This document shows positions 48,042 to 57,278 of a stretch of DNA of 64,000 nt, piece after piece (position 1 is the stretch's first letter; every line of letters begins with the position of its first letter). Under the pieces are notes generated by a model. It searched no databases, was not told where the DNA came from, and was given only the letters and a program-made list of their open reading frames with translations. Made by a program: the position numbers and the translations under genes. The DNA comes from an uncultured Methanosarcinales archaeon. GTDB lineage: Archaea; Nanobdellota; Nanobdellia; Woesearchaeales; GCA-2686295. The DNA is taken from NCBI GenBank assembly GCA_964402995.1, contig CAYOEA010000002.1:36558-100557 (forward strand). The letters are read 5' to 3'.

Positions 48042-48679
48042 TTTGTATCTACCTTAGGTTGAGCTGTTTCGGTTGTTTCTTTAACTTCAGCTTTGCTTTC
48101 AGTTTTAGTTTCAACTTTAACTTCTTCTTTAACAACAGGTTTTGTTTCTGTTTCTGTCTCAACTGCCTTTTTAGGCTCTTGTTTTTTTGGAGTGGATTCA
48201 TTCAAAGGTTTTGCCTTTGGTGTAACAGTAGCTTTGCTACTTTTTGTTTTGATAATCTCTTGAACTACTAATTCAACATGAGTTCTTTTCATAGCTCTTC
48301 TTCTTTGACGTCCCATGTGCCAAGGTGTTGAAGCCCTTTGAGCAGATATGTGAACAATCTTTAAGCTTGATCCTAAACCTTTGTCTGTAGCATTTGATTC
48401 TGCTGATTCAATTAATTTAAGTAAGTAAGTTGATGTTTTCACTGGAAACTTACCAGGACCTATTCCTGTTTTGTGCCCTGCACCATCTGTGAATCTAGTG
48501 TATGCAACAGCTCTTGTTTCTTCTTTAACTTCTGAAAGGAATCTTTTAGCAAAAGTAACTGATCTATTTCTTAGTTTTGCACAAACTTCAATTGCTTGTT
48601 TAGTTGAAAATGGTCCTTCAACTATAACTGCTCGAGCTGCGTTTTCTAAACTTCCTTGATATGAATATTTATAAGCCAT
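48038..48679 (-). CDS. rpl22: 50S ribosomal protein uL22 with K/E/T-rich C-terminal extension
   Basis: …RAVIVEGPFSTKQAIEVCAKLRNRSV…HISAQRASTPWHMGRQRRRAMKRTHVELVV… matches uL22. ~60-aa tail. Confidence 0.9.
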   Translation of the reverse strand: MAYKYSYQGSLENAARAVIVEGPFSTKQAIEVCAKLRNRSVTFAKRFLSEVKEETRAVAYTRFTDGAGHKTGIGPGKFPVKTSTYLLKLIESAESNATDKGLGSSLKIVHISAQRASTPWHMGRQRRRAMKRTHVELVVQEIIKTKSSKATVTPKAKPLNESTPKKQEPKKAVETETETKPVVKEEVKVETKTESKAEVKETTETAQPKVDTK

Positions 48680-48681
48680 TT

Positions 48682-49059
48682 TTATCTAACTGACATAGCC
48701 GAACTTGATCTTGTTGCACCAACTCCAGGTGCGCTATGTTTTGAATGTTTTCTTGTAAGTGAAAATTCACCTAATCGGTGTCCGATCATGTCTTCTTGCA
48801 TTAAAATTGGGATAAATTCTTTACCATTATGAATTAAGATTGTTTTTCCAATCATAGTGGGTAAAACAATTATAGTTCTAAGGTGTGTTTTAACTCTGTC
48901 TTTTTCTTGAATTTTATTCATGAATTTTTTCTCTTCATCAGTAAATCCACGTTTAATTTTTCTTCTTGCATCTACAGGGAATAATCCAGCTAACTCATTA
49001 AGTGAAAGTAGTTTAAGTTCCTCAACTGTTTTTCCTCGATAAAAAAATTCTTTTGCCAT
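48682..49059 (-). CDS. rps19: 30S ribosomal protein uS19
   Basis: …GKEFIPILMQEDMIGHRLGEFSLTRKHSKHS… matches uS19. Confidence 0.9.
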   Translation of the reverse strand: MAKEFFYRGKTVEELKLLSLNELAGLFPVDARRKIKRGFTDEEKKFMNKIQEKDRVKTHLRTIIVLPTMIGKTILIHNGKEFIPILMQEDMIGHRLGEFSLTRKHSKHSAPGVGATRSSSAMSVR

Positions 49060-49068
49060 TCAATTCAC

Positions 49069-49770
49069 CTATCTATTTCTTCCTGTATGTCGTGGTCTAA
49101 TCATACCAACCTTTCTTCCAGGTGGCGCATTTCTTGGAGCGATAGTTGGTCTTCCTTTTCTTGAAGATCTTGCTCCTCCTAATGGATGATCGACTGCATT
49201 CATTGAAGCTGCTGAAACAATTGGCCAGTATTTGCCTTTTGCTTTCATTGCTTTAAATTTGATACCTGCTTTCATGAAAGGTTTGTCAACTCTTCCTGAA
49301 CCAGCAATTACACCGACTGTTGCGAAACAATCAGGGTTTACTTCCTTTTGTTTTCCTGAAGGAAGTTTAATTATGACTCTTGATTTTGTTTTTGATAATA
49401 ATCTTGCAGTTGTACCTGAAGATCTAACAAGTTTTCCACCATCTCCTGGTTTAAGTTCAATATTAAATATTGGAGCTCCTGGGGGAATTTTTGATAAAGG
49501 TAAAATGTTTCCTGCTTTAATAGTAACTTCAGGACCTTTTTCTAATACATCACCAACTTTAATTCCTTCTGCTGCAACAAGTAAGTTTTCTTTCTTATCT
49601 GTATATTTAATTACTGCTAAAGGTGCTGTGTGACCTGTTGAGTTAATAATATCTATAACTGTGCCTTTATTTGATTTTAAGTTTGAAACTTCGCCCGCAT
49701 ATCTAAAACTAGATACTTTGTAAGTTGGACTTCCTTTTCCACGTTTTTGTTGAGTTAAGCTTTTTCCCAT
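49069..49770 (-). CDS. rpl2: 50S ribosomal protein uL2
   Basis: …GRNAPPGRKVGMIRPRHTGRNR C-terminus and …HPLGGARSSRKGRPT… match uL2. Confidence 0.9.
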   Translation of the reverse strand: MGKSLTQQKRGKGSPTYKVSSFRYAGEVSNLKSNKGTVIDIINSTGHTAPLAVIKYTDKKENLLVAAEGIKVGDVLEKGPEVTIKAGNILPLSKIPPGAPIFNIELKPGDGGKLVRSSGTTARLLSKTKSRVIIKLPSGKQKEVNPDCFATVGVIAGSGRVDKPFMKAGIKFKAMKAKGKYWPIVSAASMNAVDHPLGGARSSRKGRPTIAPRNAPPGRKVGMIRPRHTGRNR

Positions 49771-49777
49771 TTTATAA

Positions 49778-50026
49778 TCACATTAATCCTAATTTTGTTG
49801 CTAAATCAATAGCAGGTGTTTCATCTGAAAATTTAACATAAGCTTTTTTCTTACCTTGAGGTAAAATTGTTGTGTTAATTTTGATAACTTTAACTTTGAA
49901 AAGAGTTTCAAGTTCTTCTTTAATTTCAGGTTTTTTTGCTTTTCTATCAACAATGAATACTAGCTTGTTCTCAGATTCCATTAATCTGATAGATTTTTCT
50001 GTTGATAAAGGATATTTTACTTTCAT
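49778..50026 (-). CDS. rpl23: 50S ribosomal protein uL23
   Basis: 82 aa, …LSTEKSIRLMESENKLVFIVDRKAKKPEIK… matches uL23. Confidence 0.85.
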   Translation of the reverse strand: MKVKYPLSTEKSIRLMESENKLVFIVDRKAKKPEIKEELETLFKVKVIKINTTILPQGKKKAYVKFSDETPAIDLATKLGLM

Positions 50027-50841
50027 TTTTTCTTCTCGCTAGTTTTAGTAATTTTTTCTTCTTGTACTTTGTAATCGGAAGTGAAAATTTTTGATTCTTC
50101 AAAAAATTTAATTGCTGATTCAGTGAATAAAGTCATTCTACCTGGAACTCCACCTGGAGCAAGTAAATCAACATTTAACTCTGATACACTAGTTATATCA
50201 ACGCCAGGAAGATTTCCTGCAGCTCGAACTAGTTCTTTACTTGGTTTATCAGTAACAATTAAAACACCAATAGTGTCTTTTTTCTTAGATCTTAAAAGTT
50301 CATCAGCAAAACCAATTGCTTCAAGGTTTTGAACTAATTCTTTAGTTTGTTTTAATGAAGAGATTTTATCTTCAATGATAAAAGGAAAATTATCAGGTGT
50401 TTGGTGATTTCTGAATTTAACTAGATCTAAGTTCATAGTTGCTGAGATTGAAGATAAAATTGCTTTTCTTCTTTCTTTTCTGTTAATTCCTTCATCCCAA
50501 ATTTTATCAGCTTTAGGAGGATGTGCTCTTCTTCCGCCAACAGTTCCTGGTGCAAATGCTCCAACCCACATCATTCTAGTTCCTCTTCTAGAAAGAATCT
50601 TTCTAGGAACTCTTGAAATACCTGCGCCGTATGAACCTCTGTATTTTTTTCTTCTTCTTGATAATTCGGAAGAAGATCTTTTTCCAGCTCTTGGATCTGC
50701 GCCGTAAGGTTGAATTTTACTTTTTTGAATAGATAAGAATGCTCTTTTTATTAAGTCCTTTCTTAAAGGTTCGACAAACTGTCTAGGTAAAGTGATAGTT
50801 CCTGTTTCAGTTTTGCTTAAGTTTAATATTTTGAGTTTCAT
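50023..50841 (-). CDS. rpl4: 50S ribosomal protein uL4
   Basis: …GRMTLFTESAIKFFEE… is the uL4 fold pattern. Position between uL3 and uL23 fits. Confidence 0.85.
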   Translation of the reverse strand: MKLKILNLSKTETGTITLPRQFVEPLRKDLIKRAFLSIQKSKIQPYGADPRAGKRSSSELSRRRKKYRGSYGAGISRVPRKILSRRGTRMMWVGAFAPGTVGGRRAHPPKADKIWDEGINRKERRKAILSSISATMNLDLVKFRNHQTPDNFPFIIEDKISSLKQTKELVQNLEAIGFADELLRSKKKDTIGVLIVTDKPSKELVRAAGNLPGVDITSVSELNVDLLAPGGVPGRMTLFTESAIKFFEESKIFTSDYKVQEEKITKTSEKKK

Positions 50842-51782
50842 TGTATAGCCAGTTTATGTTTTGTTGATTTTGCTCTTTTAGGTTTAGTCATGATTAATAG
50901 TCTTTTTTTAGGACCTGCAACTGAACCGTGTATAAGAATAAATGTTGATTTAATATTTCCATATTTATGAAAGTCTACACCATATTTTTCAACTTCGTTT
51001 GAAATTTCTAAAACTTGTTTGTTATATTCAACTCTTTGATGGTAACCTGTTTGACCTGCGTGAGGTACTTTCCAAGAAATATGTTGTTGTCTAACCCATG
51101 GACCTAATGAACCAGGGTTTCTAATACTTTTTTCTGATTTGTGACTTCTTCTACCAATTCCAAATCTTTTCATAGGACCTTGGAAACCTTTTCCTTTAGT
51201 TATACCATGAACATCAACAAAGTTGTTAGGACCAAAAACAGAATCAAAAGCAAACTCCTTATCAGCATTTTCTTTTAAGTAAGTTACTTTTTCAGTATTA
51301 GTACCGCCTAAAGCGATTTCAAAAATTTCAGGTTTCTTTTTTCCAAATCCTGCTTTTTTAGGTTGAGTATAAACAGTTACAGTAATATTATCATATAAGT
51401 CTGGATTAATTGAATCTAAATCTGCTTTATTTTCTTTTCCAGTTGTAGTTTTTCTTAGAAGTTCTTTTTCAGTTTTAAAAAAAATTTCCTTTATAAGGAC
51501 AGTTGCTGCGTTTTCTTTTTGATAAAAACGAGCAGAAGCGAATCTCATTGGTGGGCATTCAAGAATTGTTACTGGAACACTCATTAATTCACCTTTAAGA
51601 TGAGAATTTTTATTTTCATTAACAGCCATTATATGAGTCATACCGACTTTATAACCTGCGAATGCTGAAGGTTTAACATCTTTTGAAACAAACCAAGATC
51701 TAACTCTTGCGTACATTCTTGTAGCACGTTTTCGTCTCCAAAACTGTAAACTTCCTTTTCTTGGGCGTCTTATTGTTGGCAT
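50838..51782 (-). CDS. rpl3: 50S ribosomal protein uL3
   Basis: MPTIRRPRKGSLQFWRRKRA…FAGYKVGMTH… matches archaeal uL3. It is the first gene of the cluster. Confidence 0.9.
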   Translation of the reverse strand: MPTIRRPRKGSLQFWRRKRATRMYARVRSWFVSKDVKPSAFAGYKVGMTHIMAVNENKNSHLKGELMSVPVTILECPPMRFASARFYQKENAATVLIKEIFFKTEKELLRKTTTGKENKADLDSINPDLYDNITVTVYTQPKKAGFGKKKPEIFEIALGGTNTEKVTYLKENADKEFAFDSVFGPNNFVDVHGITKGKGFQGPMKRFGIGRRSHKSEKSIRNPGSLGPWVRQQHISWKVPHAGQTGYHQRVEYNKQVLEISNEVEKYGVDFHKYGNIKSTFILIHGSVAGPKKRLLIMTKPKRAKSTKHKLAIQ

Positions 51783-51973
51783 TTATGTTTCCTCATTTAA
51801 TTTGCCTTGAAAAATGTTGTTCTCAGAAATCGTGTAATACGAGTACTGAAAAAGGTTCTTCCCCAGGCATTGACTATAAATCCAAATTATTATTAACTTG
51901 AACTTTCATTACGAAATTCTAGTTCGTTTATAAAGATTGTGATTGTAAAATGACGAAATAAGTGAAATCATAC

Positions 51974-53584
51974 CTATTTGTCTTGACTTATATTCTTTTT
52001 TGTGTCAGACGCCACTTTAATTTGCTTTTTTGAATCTTTTTTCGCTTTAGCGTTTTTAGATTTTACAACTTTTTTATTCTTTGCAGCATCTTTAGATTTA
52101 AATATAGTATACATTAAAGGATTTTTCACTCTACGACAAAATTCATCAGGTGTACAAACCCTCATATCTTTGTAATAAGCCTTATTATCGCAATTAGGTG
52201 GTGGAGGTACTTTTTTATTTTTATTTAGTTCTTTATACCTTAATTGACCATTTATGTAGACTTGGCGTAATTCCTCAACATTTAGTTTATTCCATTCATC
52301 AAGACGTGTTCTGATTTCAGCCATATTCCAACCTACATTAAGTAAAAAGTTAGATAATACAAATATAGCTCTTTTTTTACCATCTTCAATACCTTTTAGT
52401 ATATTCTTTATACATGGAGGAAATAATTCTTCAGAAATAGCCTCGGAAATCTCATCATACTCTTTTTGCTCTCTTTCTTTTTTGAAATTGTGCTCTTCTT
52501 CTACTTCAACATTAAAATCATACGCTTGAAGAACTAAAGTGTCTGTTTGATTTTTAGGAGCATCTTTATCTAAGAATTTTGATAAAATTTTGACATTATC
52601 TGGCTTTGCACTCTCTTTATTAAAAGTTAGAATATCACTTAAAGGAATAGGAACAGATACTAATTGCGATTTTTCATGAAATGAAAAAGGCATTCTGAAT
52701 AAATGCCGAGATGAAATAAGAAGAGTATCTAATTCAATTATAGCAAATGGGTTAAATTGAGAAATATAATCTTTTTTAGGATTTACCTTACTAGGGCTAC
52801 AATTACAAAGAGACTTTAATATTTTTTTCTCTATTATTTTAGAACATTTAGGACAAACAAGATAATTTTTTTCTTCAGTTGATTTAATAGAATAGCCACA
52901 CACACAATCAAAACTTGCAATATGAACTTTATCTGCTTTAATTCTAACTTTACAATTCTTACAAGATGTTTGAACTAATTCCTCTTTTTTATCAGGAAAT
53001 AGTTCATGTAATTTAGATAATGATATTTCATAACCATCAAATGAAATAATATCTCCTTTTACTTCAATGAATTTTCTGATATAATCTAAAAGATACTTTG
53101 CAATACGCATGGGAGCTTCAGGAAATAATTTTTTTGTATCTTTACCACCTATTTTGTCAGGGAATGCTTCAAAAGGAACTGCTATGTGAAAACCTTTGTT
53201 TCCAGAGAACTTTGCAGAAATAGATACTATATTGTGTGCTTGTAAAGCTTTAACAACTAAATGAGCTGTTAATTTAGAAAAATCCCAATTAGGACAATCA
53301 ATGTCTAAAACTAAATCCCAACCTTTTCTTAGTTCATCAAGATCAATTGGTTTAAGATTTGTGCCTAATTGAAGAGGGTTATACCATCTTTCTTCAGAAC
53401 AATGAAAAGAAGTTGTGCCTCTTTTTGCATGAGCAAGAATATCGCTGTTATAATTCAAAGTATCAGGACGTTTACCAAAACGATCATTATAACGAACTGC
53501 AACCTCTCTATCTTCAGCTACACGAAGTATTTCATTCTGAATATCTTCTCGCTTATAGAATTTTAAAGTTGTACTTATGAACAT
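51974..53584 (-). CDS. priS: archaeo-eukaryotic primase catalytic subunit (PriS-like) with Zn-knuckle and a C-terminal 4-Cys extension (possible PriS-PriL(CTD) fusion)
   Basis: AEP motifs DLVLDIDCP (DxD) and SGNKGFHIAVPF (SGxRGxH). Zinc module CKNCKV…CVCGYS…CPKCS. The C-terminal ~150 aa holds four Cys (PPCIKN…PNCDNK…RVCTPDEFC), compatible with an Fe-S PriL-CTD/PriCT-like domain. Confidence 0.65.
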   Translation of the reverse strand: MFISTTLKFYKREDIQNEILRVAEDREVAVRYNDRFGKRPDTLNYNSDILAHAKRGTTSFHCSEERWYNPLQLGTNLKPIDLDELRKGWDLVLDIDCPNWDFSKLTAHLVVKALQAHNIVSISAKFSGNKGFHIAVPFEAFPDKIGGKDTKKLFPEAPMRIAKYLLDYIRKFIEVKGDIISFDGYEISLSKLHELFPDKKEELVQTSCKNCKVRIKADKVHIASFDCVCGYSIKSTEEKNYLVCPKCSKIIEKKILKSLCNCSPSKVNPKKDYISQFNPFAIIELDTLLISSRHLFRMPFSFHEKSQLVSVPIPLSDILTFNKESAKPDNVKILSKFLDKDAPKNQTDTLVLQAYDFNVEVEEEHNFKKEREQKEYDEISEAISEELFPPCIKNILKGIEDGKKRAIFVLSNFLLNVGWNMAEIRTRLDEWNKLNVEELRQVYINGQLRYKELNKNKKVPPPPNCDNKAYYKDMRVCTPDEFCRRVKNPLMYTIFKSKDAAKNKKVVKSKNAKAKKDSKKQIKVASDTKKNISQDK

Positions 53585-53689
53585 AGTTATATAGAATGGG
53601 TTGCTTATTTAAATGTTTAATTTATATCTAAAGTGGATATTAGAACATAAGCGAAAGAGTTAATAAGATTGTTCTTTTAAAATAATAAA

Positions 53690-53926
53690 ATGAATATACT
53701 ATATGTATTAATAAAAGTTTCTCACGGAAAATTAAAAGTTGTTAGTTCAAAACTTAGAAGTTATGAAGAAATAATTGAAGTTCATGAAATATACGGCAGA
53801 TATGATATTATTGCTAAAGTTGTTTTAGAAAATGAAGGTGAAATGAGAAAATTTATGCAAAATAAACTTCTAATAACAGAAGGAATGATTGGAACAGAAA
53901 CACTTGTTGTTCTAAAAGAAGAATAA
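53690..53926 (+). CDS. stand-alone Lrp/AsnC-type RAM (ligand-binding) domain protein
   Basis: 78 aa. …VLIKVSHGKLKVVSSKLRSYEEIIEVHEIYGRYDIIAKV… matches the AsnC C-terminal domain. No HTH. Confidence 0.55.
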   Translation: MNILYVLIKVSHGKLKVVSSKLRSYEEIIEVHEIYGRYDIIAKVVLENEGEMRKFMQNKLLITEGMIGTETLVVLKEE

Positions 53927-53927
53927 A

Positions 53928-56141
53928 TTAAATATATTTTGAGTCTATAACTTCTCTTATCTTTTTAGATTTTTTATTACCAACTAAATCAACAGTTGTT
54001 AGATCTAATTCAGAAGCGGATAAAATTTTAGAAGGCGAACCAAATTTTTCCAAAAGAGGTTTTGCTAAAGTTGTTCCAATACCTGGTAAAGAACTAATAA
54101 AATATTCTTGTTGTTCTTTAAGAGATAAAGGTTTAGAAGAATGCATTTGAAATTCTTTTTTATCAAGATTTAATTCCCTTTTTGCAAGAAGTTTAATGTA
54201 CTCTGCAGAATCAATAGGATTTTTAGTGAAAATTATAGGTATCTTAAAAGCAGTTGTCAAAGTTGAAATCATACCTCTAATCGCATTTTGATTGATGTTT
54301 CTTTGCGAATAAATATCTTCATCACCTTCAATCATAATTATTGGTTTTAAGAATTGAGTTAAATCTTTTGCTTGGTGTAATATTCTACCATCAATAATTG
54401 AATCAACAAAATCTTTTTTAGTTTTGAATTCAATAACCACATCATCGGAAATTCTATAATCTCCAACAGATAAAGATTTTAAATCTAAAATAACATTATC
54501 ATCAGAAAGACGTTTCATAACACGAGACCCTTTTTCTCTATAATCAACAACAACTTTAAGTTCTGGTTCATTATTTTTAGCATAAGAATCTAAATTTGAA
54601 TTCTTTTCTTTATTAGCATTAACAACTAAATTAGAAAATTTATTTTTTAATTTAATTAAATTAGCGTGCATTTTCTTTTCTTTATGAAAAGCAGACCATC
54701 TATAAGCCTCATCACGTGTTTTTCTAGTCATTAAAATGAAAACTTTTCCCTTTTCCAACCTACCTGTTCTTCCTCTTCTTTGAATGGTTCTAATAGCAGA
54801 GGGTACAGGCTCATAAAAAATAACTAAATCGACTTGAGGAATATCAAGACCTTCTTCACCAACTGAAGTGCTTATTAAACAATTAAAATCACCATTCGAA
54901 AATTCATCAATAATTTGTTTTTGTTCTTTTTGAGAAAGTCCTTTACCGTCAGATTTTCCTTGACCTATAAACATTTTTGAAGAAATATTTTGTTTTTCAA
55001 GTAAAGATTGAATAGTAGACGAACCACTTCTATATTGGGTGAAAATAATTATTTTGACATTTGGATTCTTAGTTTTTTCGTTTACAACAATATCTTCTAA
55101 AGCTTTAATTTTAGGATGAATTATACCTTTAGAAATCATGGTTTCAACTTTCATTTTAGCTAAAGTGAATTCAGTATCAGAAACAAGATTTTTTACAGCT
55201 TTAACTGTTGTAGTTTTTGCTTGATCTTCAAGCTTTTCTAAATATTTTTGAAGAGGTTCTAAGCCTTGAGATTCCAATAATTCAAGACCATGTTGGATTT
55301 TCATAATCTCAGCAAGAAGACTTATAGATTTTAATATTTCAAAAGATTTTTCACCTGAAGAAATGAGACCTCTGAGTTCTGCTTGGATTGTAAGAAGAGC
55401 AGTTTTAGTAAGACTAGAATAATCGCCTGAAAAATAACCTAAATCCTTTACTTCACGAACCTTTCGTTTTATAGCAGTCTCAAGATGAACTTTTACTTCT
55501 CCAAAATTTTCAGGAAAATCAACTTCAAACCATTTAACTTCGACATCTTGAACATGAGGTTTAATATCAGGATCAGTTTCAGTTCTAATTTCTATGTTTT
55601 GAACGAATAAATTCGTACAAACTTCTTCAACTTTAGACATCTCAGAACCAGGAGATGCTGTCAAAGCTAAGATTCTAGAATGATCAGCTTTCTTCTCATA
55701 TTGTTTTGCAACAAATACATACGCATAGTCTTTTACTGCTCTATGTGCTTCATCAACAACCAATAAACTTACTTTATTTAAAGATAATCTATTAGAAAGA
55801 ATATCATTTTCCAATCCTTGGGGAGTTGAAATGATAATTTTTGCTTTTTCAAATAATTCAACACGTTTTTCAGGTTTTACAAAACCAGTAAATAATACTA
55901 TTTCTTCTTCTTTCAGATTAAAATGTTTTTTGAAGGTTTTAAGATGCTGTTCTACAAGAGGTCTTGTAGGAGCTAAAATAAGAATTTTTGAATTAGAATA
56001 AAGAGATAATCTGTGTGCTGCGAGGAGAAGTGCAATTACAGTTTTTCCAAGACCTGTTGGTAAAACAACCAAAGTATTATCTTTAGAAGCAGATTTAAAG
56101 ATTGATTCTTGATATGATCTTGGTTTAAAGTCTTTTATCAT
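53928..56141 (-). CDS. hef: Hef helicase-nuclease (FANCM/XPF-like: SF2 helicase + ERCC4 nuclease + HhH2)
   Basis: Walker A VLPTGLGKT, DEAH VVDEAH. ERCC4 motif VVVDYREKGSRV. C-terminal HhH LPGIGTTLAKPLLEKFGS. Confidence 0.85.
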   Translation of the reverse strand: MIKDFKPRSYQESIFKSASKDNTLVVLPTGLGKTVIALLLAAHRLSLYSNSKILILAPTRPLVEQHLKTFKKHFNLKEEEIVLFTGFVKPEKRVELFEKAKIIISTPQGLENDILSNRLSLNKVSLLVVDEAHRAVKDYAYVFVAKQYEKKADHSRILALTASPGSEMSKVEEVCTNLFVQNIEIRTETDPDIKPHVQDVEVKWFEVDFPENFGEVKVHLETAIKRKVREVKDLGYFSGDYSSLTKTALLTIQAELRGLISSGEKSFEILKSISLLAEIMKIQHGLELLESQGLEPLQKYLEKLEDQAKTTTVKAVKNLVSDTEFTLAKMKVETMISKGIIHPKIKALEDIVVNEKTKNPNVKIIIFTQYRSGSSTIQSLLEKQNISSKMFIGQGKSDGKGLSQKEQKQIIDEFSNGDFNCLISTSVGEEGLDIPQVDLVIFYEPVPSAIRTIQRRGRTGRLEKGKVFILMTRKTRDEAYRWSAFHKEKKMHANLIKLKNKFSNLVVNANKEKNSNLDSYAKNNEPELKVVVDYREKGSRVMKRLSDDNVILDLKSLSVGDYRISDDVVIEFKTKKDFVDSIIDGRILHQAKDLTQFLKPIIMIEGDEDIYSQRNINQNAIRGMISTLTTAFKIPIIFTKNPIDSAEYIKLLAKRELNLDKKEFQMHSSKPLSLKEQQEYFISSLPGIGTTLAKPLLEKFGSPSKILSASELDLTTVDLVGNKKSKKIREVIDSKYI

Positions 56142-56293
56142 AAATTTTCCTCATAAAACTTTATTACTTTCACGAAGAAGAGAAATTGCTCCTAACTTTA
56201 AAAGTATTATCCAAGAATGTCCAGTGTAAATAAAATTTAATAAAAAAAGATTGCACAACGAACTTAATCGTTGGCAAGATTAAACTATAAGAA

Positions 56294-56545
56294 TTATTTT
56301 CTACCTCTAGCCATGATAGCACGTGAGATATCGCCATCTTTATCAACAAAGTAAAGATAACCTGATTCTTTTTTAGCAGCTACTTTTGCTACTTTTTCAG
56401 CTTTTTGTTTTCCTTTTTTTCCGCCACCACGCGACATTACAGCTCGTGATACATCACCATCTTTATCAACGAAATATAGGTAACCTGATTCTTTTTTAAC
56501 ACCAGCTTTTGCAACTTTTTCAGCCATTTTTAACATACCCCTCAT
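56294..56545 (-). CDS. small basic protein with internal tandem duplication
   Basis: Two ~37-aa repeats, both containing VAKxxxKKESGYLYFVDKDGD(V/I)SRA(V/I)M(S/A)RG. Confidence 0.4.
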   Translation of the reverse strand: MRGMLKMAEKVAKAGVKKESGYLYFVDKDGDVSRAVMSRGGGKKGKQKAEKVAKVAAKKESGYLYFVDKDGDISRAIMARGRK

Positions 56546-56643
56546 AGCGAAGAATAAGCTCCTCGTCTATAAAAAAACTAATTATTTACTTATATTTTGA
56601 TTAGAGTTTATTTAAATTTTTCGAAATTTTTCGACGTGAAACC

Positions 56644-56952
56644 TTAATTCTGGGCATAAAAATGCTTGTTAAGCCATTTTTTGAGAAATTTTCCAAAGAA
56701 TAATCCAACTAAAAAAAGCACTAAAATCCATAAATTAAAGCCTACAACTATCATATATCCTATTACAAAAGCTAAAGATAAAAATGTGTATGGAAAATCT
56801 AAACCTGTAAATCTATATGCAGTAGATGTTATTACACCAAATAAAAAAATAACTATTAATTTTAAAATAAAACTTTTAACAATTAAAGAAAATACTATAC
56901 CTAAAACTAAGAATAATAAAAGAAATAATTCAAAACCGATCGGTAAAACCAT
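56644..56952 (-). CDS. small hydrophobic membrane protein (3 TM)
   Basis: 102 aa, almost entirely hydrophobic. The antisense ORF 56666..56974 is rejected. Confidence 0.3.
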   Translation of the reverse strand: MVLPIGFELFLLLFLVLGIVFSLIVKSFILKLIVIFLFGVITSTAYRFTGLDFPYTFLSLAFVIGYMIVVGFNLWILVLFLVGLFFGKFLKKWLNKHFYAQN

Positions 56953-57008
56953 GTTATTTTTGTTTAATTTGTAAATATATTTAAATTATTACTGAATTCT
57001 AAATTAGG

Positions 57009-57278
57009 ATGATAATATTTAAAATGTTGGGTTTTTTAGATTTTTTAAGCCTAATTGCAATGGTTTTATTAGTAAATGGAGCAATTCCGTGGCGAGTTGG
57101 GATGATTTTTGCAGCATACTTATTGATAAAAGGTTTTGCATTCAAAGGAGATTTCGCAAGTGTTGTAGATATGACTATTGGAGTTTACATTATATTAATA
57201 CCTGTTTTTTCAGTAAAATTTTTCACAATCATATTTGCAATTTATCTTGGACAAAAAGCATTTGTTAGCCTTTTCTAA
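57009..57278 (+). CDS. small hydrophobic membrane protein
   Basis: 89 aa with 3 predicted TM helices, divergent from 56644 gene. Confidence 0.3.
   Translation: MIIFKMLGFLDFLSLIAMVLLVNGAIPWRVGMIFAAYLLIKGFAFKGDFASVVDMTIGVYIILIPVFSVKFFTIIFAIYLGQKAFVSLF

Noticed and set aside
49232-49633. 133-aa plus-strand ORF inside rpl2, and similar antisense ORFs inside other r-protein genes (e.g. 42316..42666, 45728..45997, 47242..47592, 48017..48271, 50081..50332)
   Set aside because: All are antisense to highly recognisable ribosomal-protein genes and have no conserved motifs. They are typical shadow ORFs.
53359-53580. Two plus-strand small ORFs overlapping the 5' end of the primase gene
   Set aside because: Antisense to the primase N-terminus (minus strand). 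Low-complexity translations.
56666-56974. 102-aa plus-strand ORF antisense to the small membrane-protein gene 56644..56952
   Set aside because: One of the two must be spurious. The minus-strand product is a coherent 3-TM hydrophobic protein. The plus-strand product is a K/N-rich string typical of the reverse complement of hydrophobic codons.
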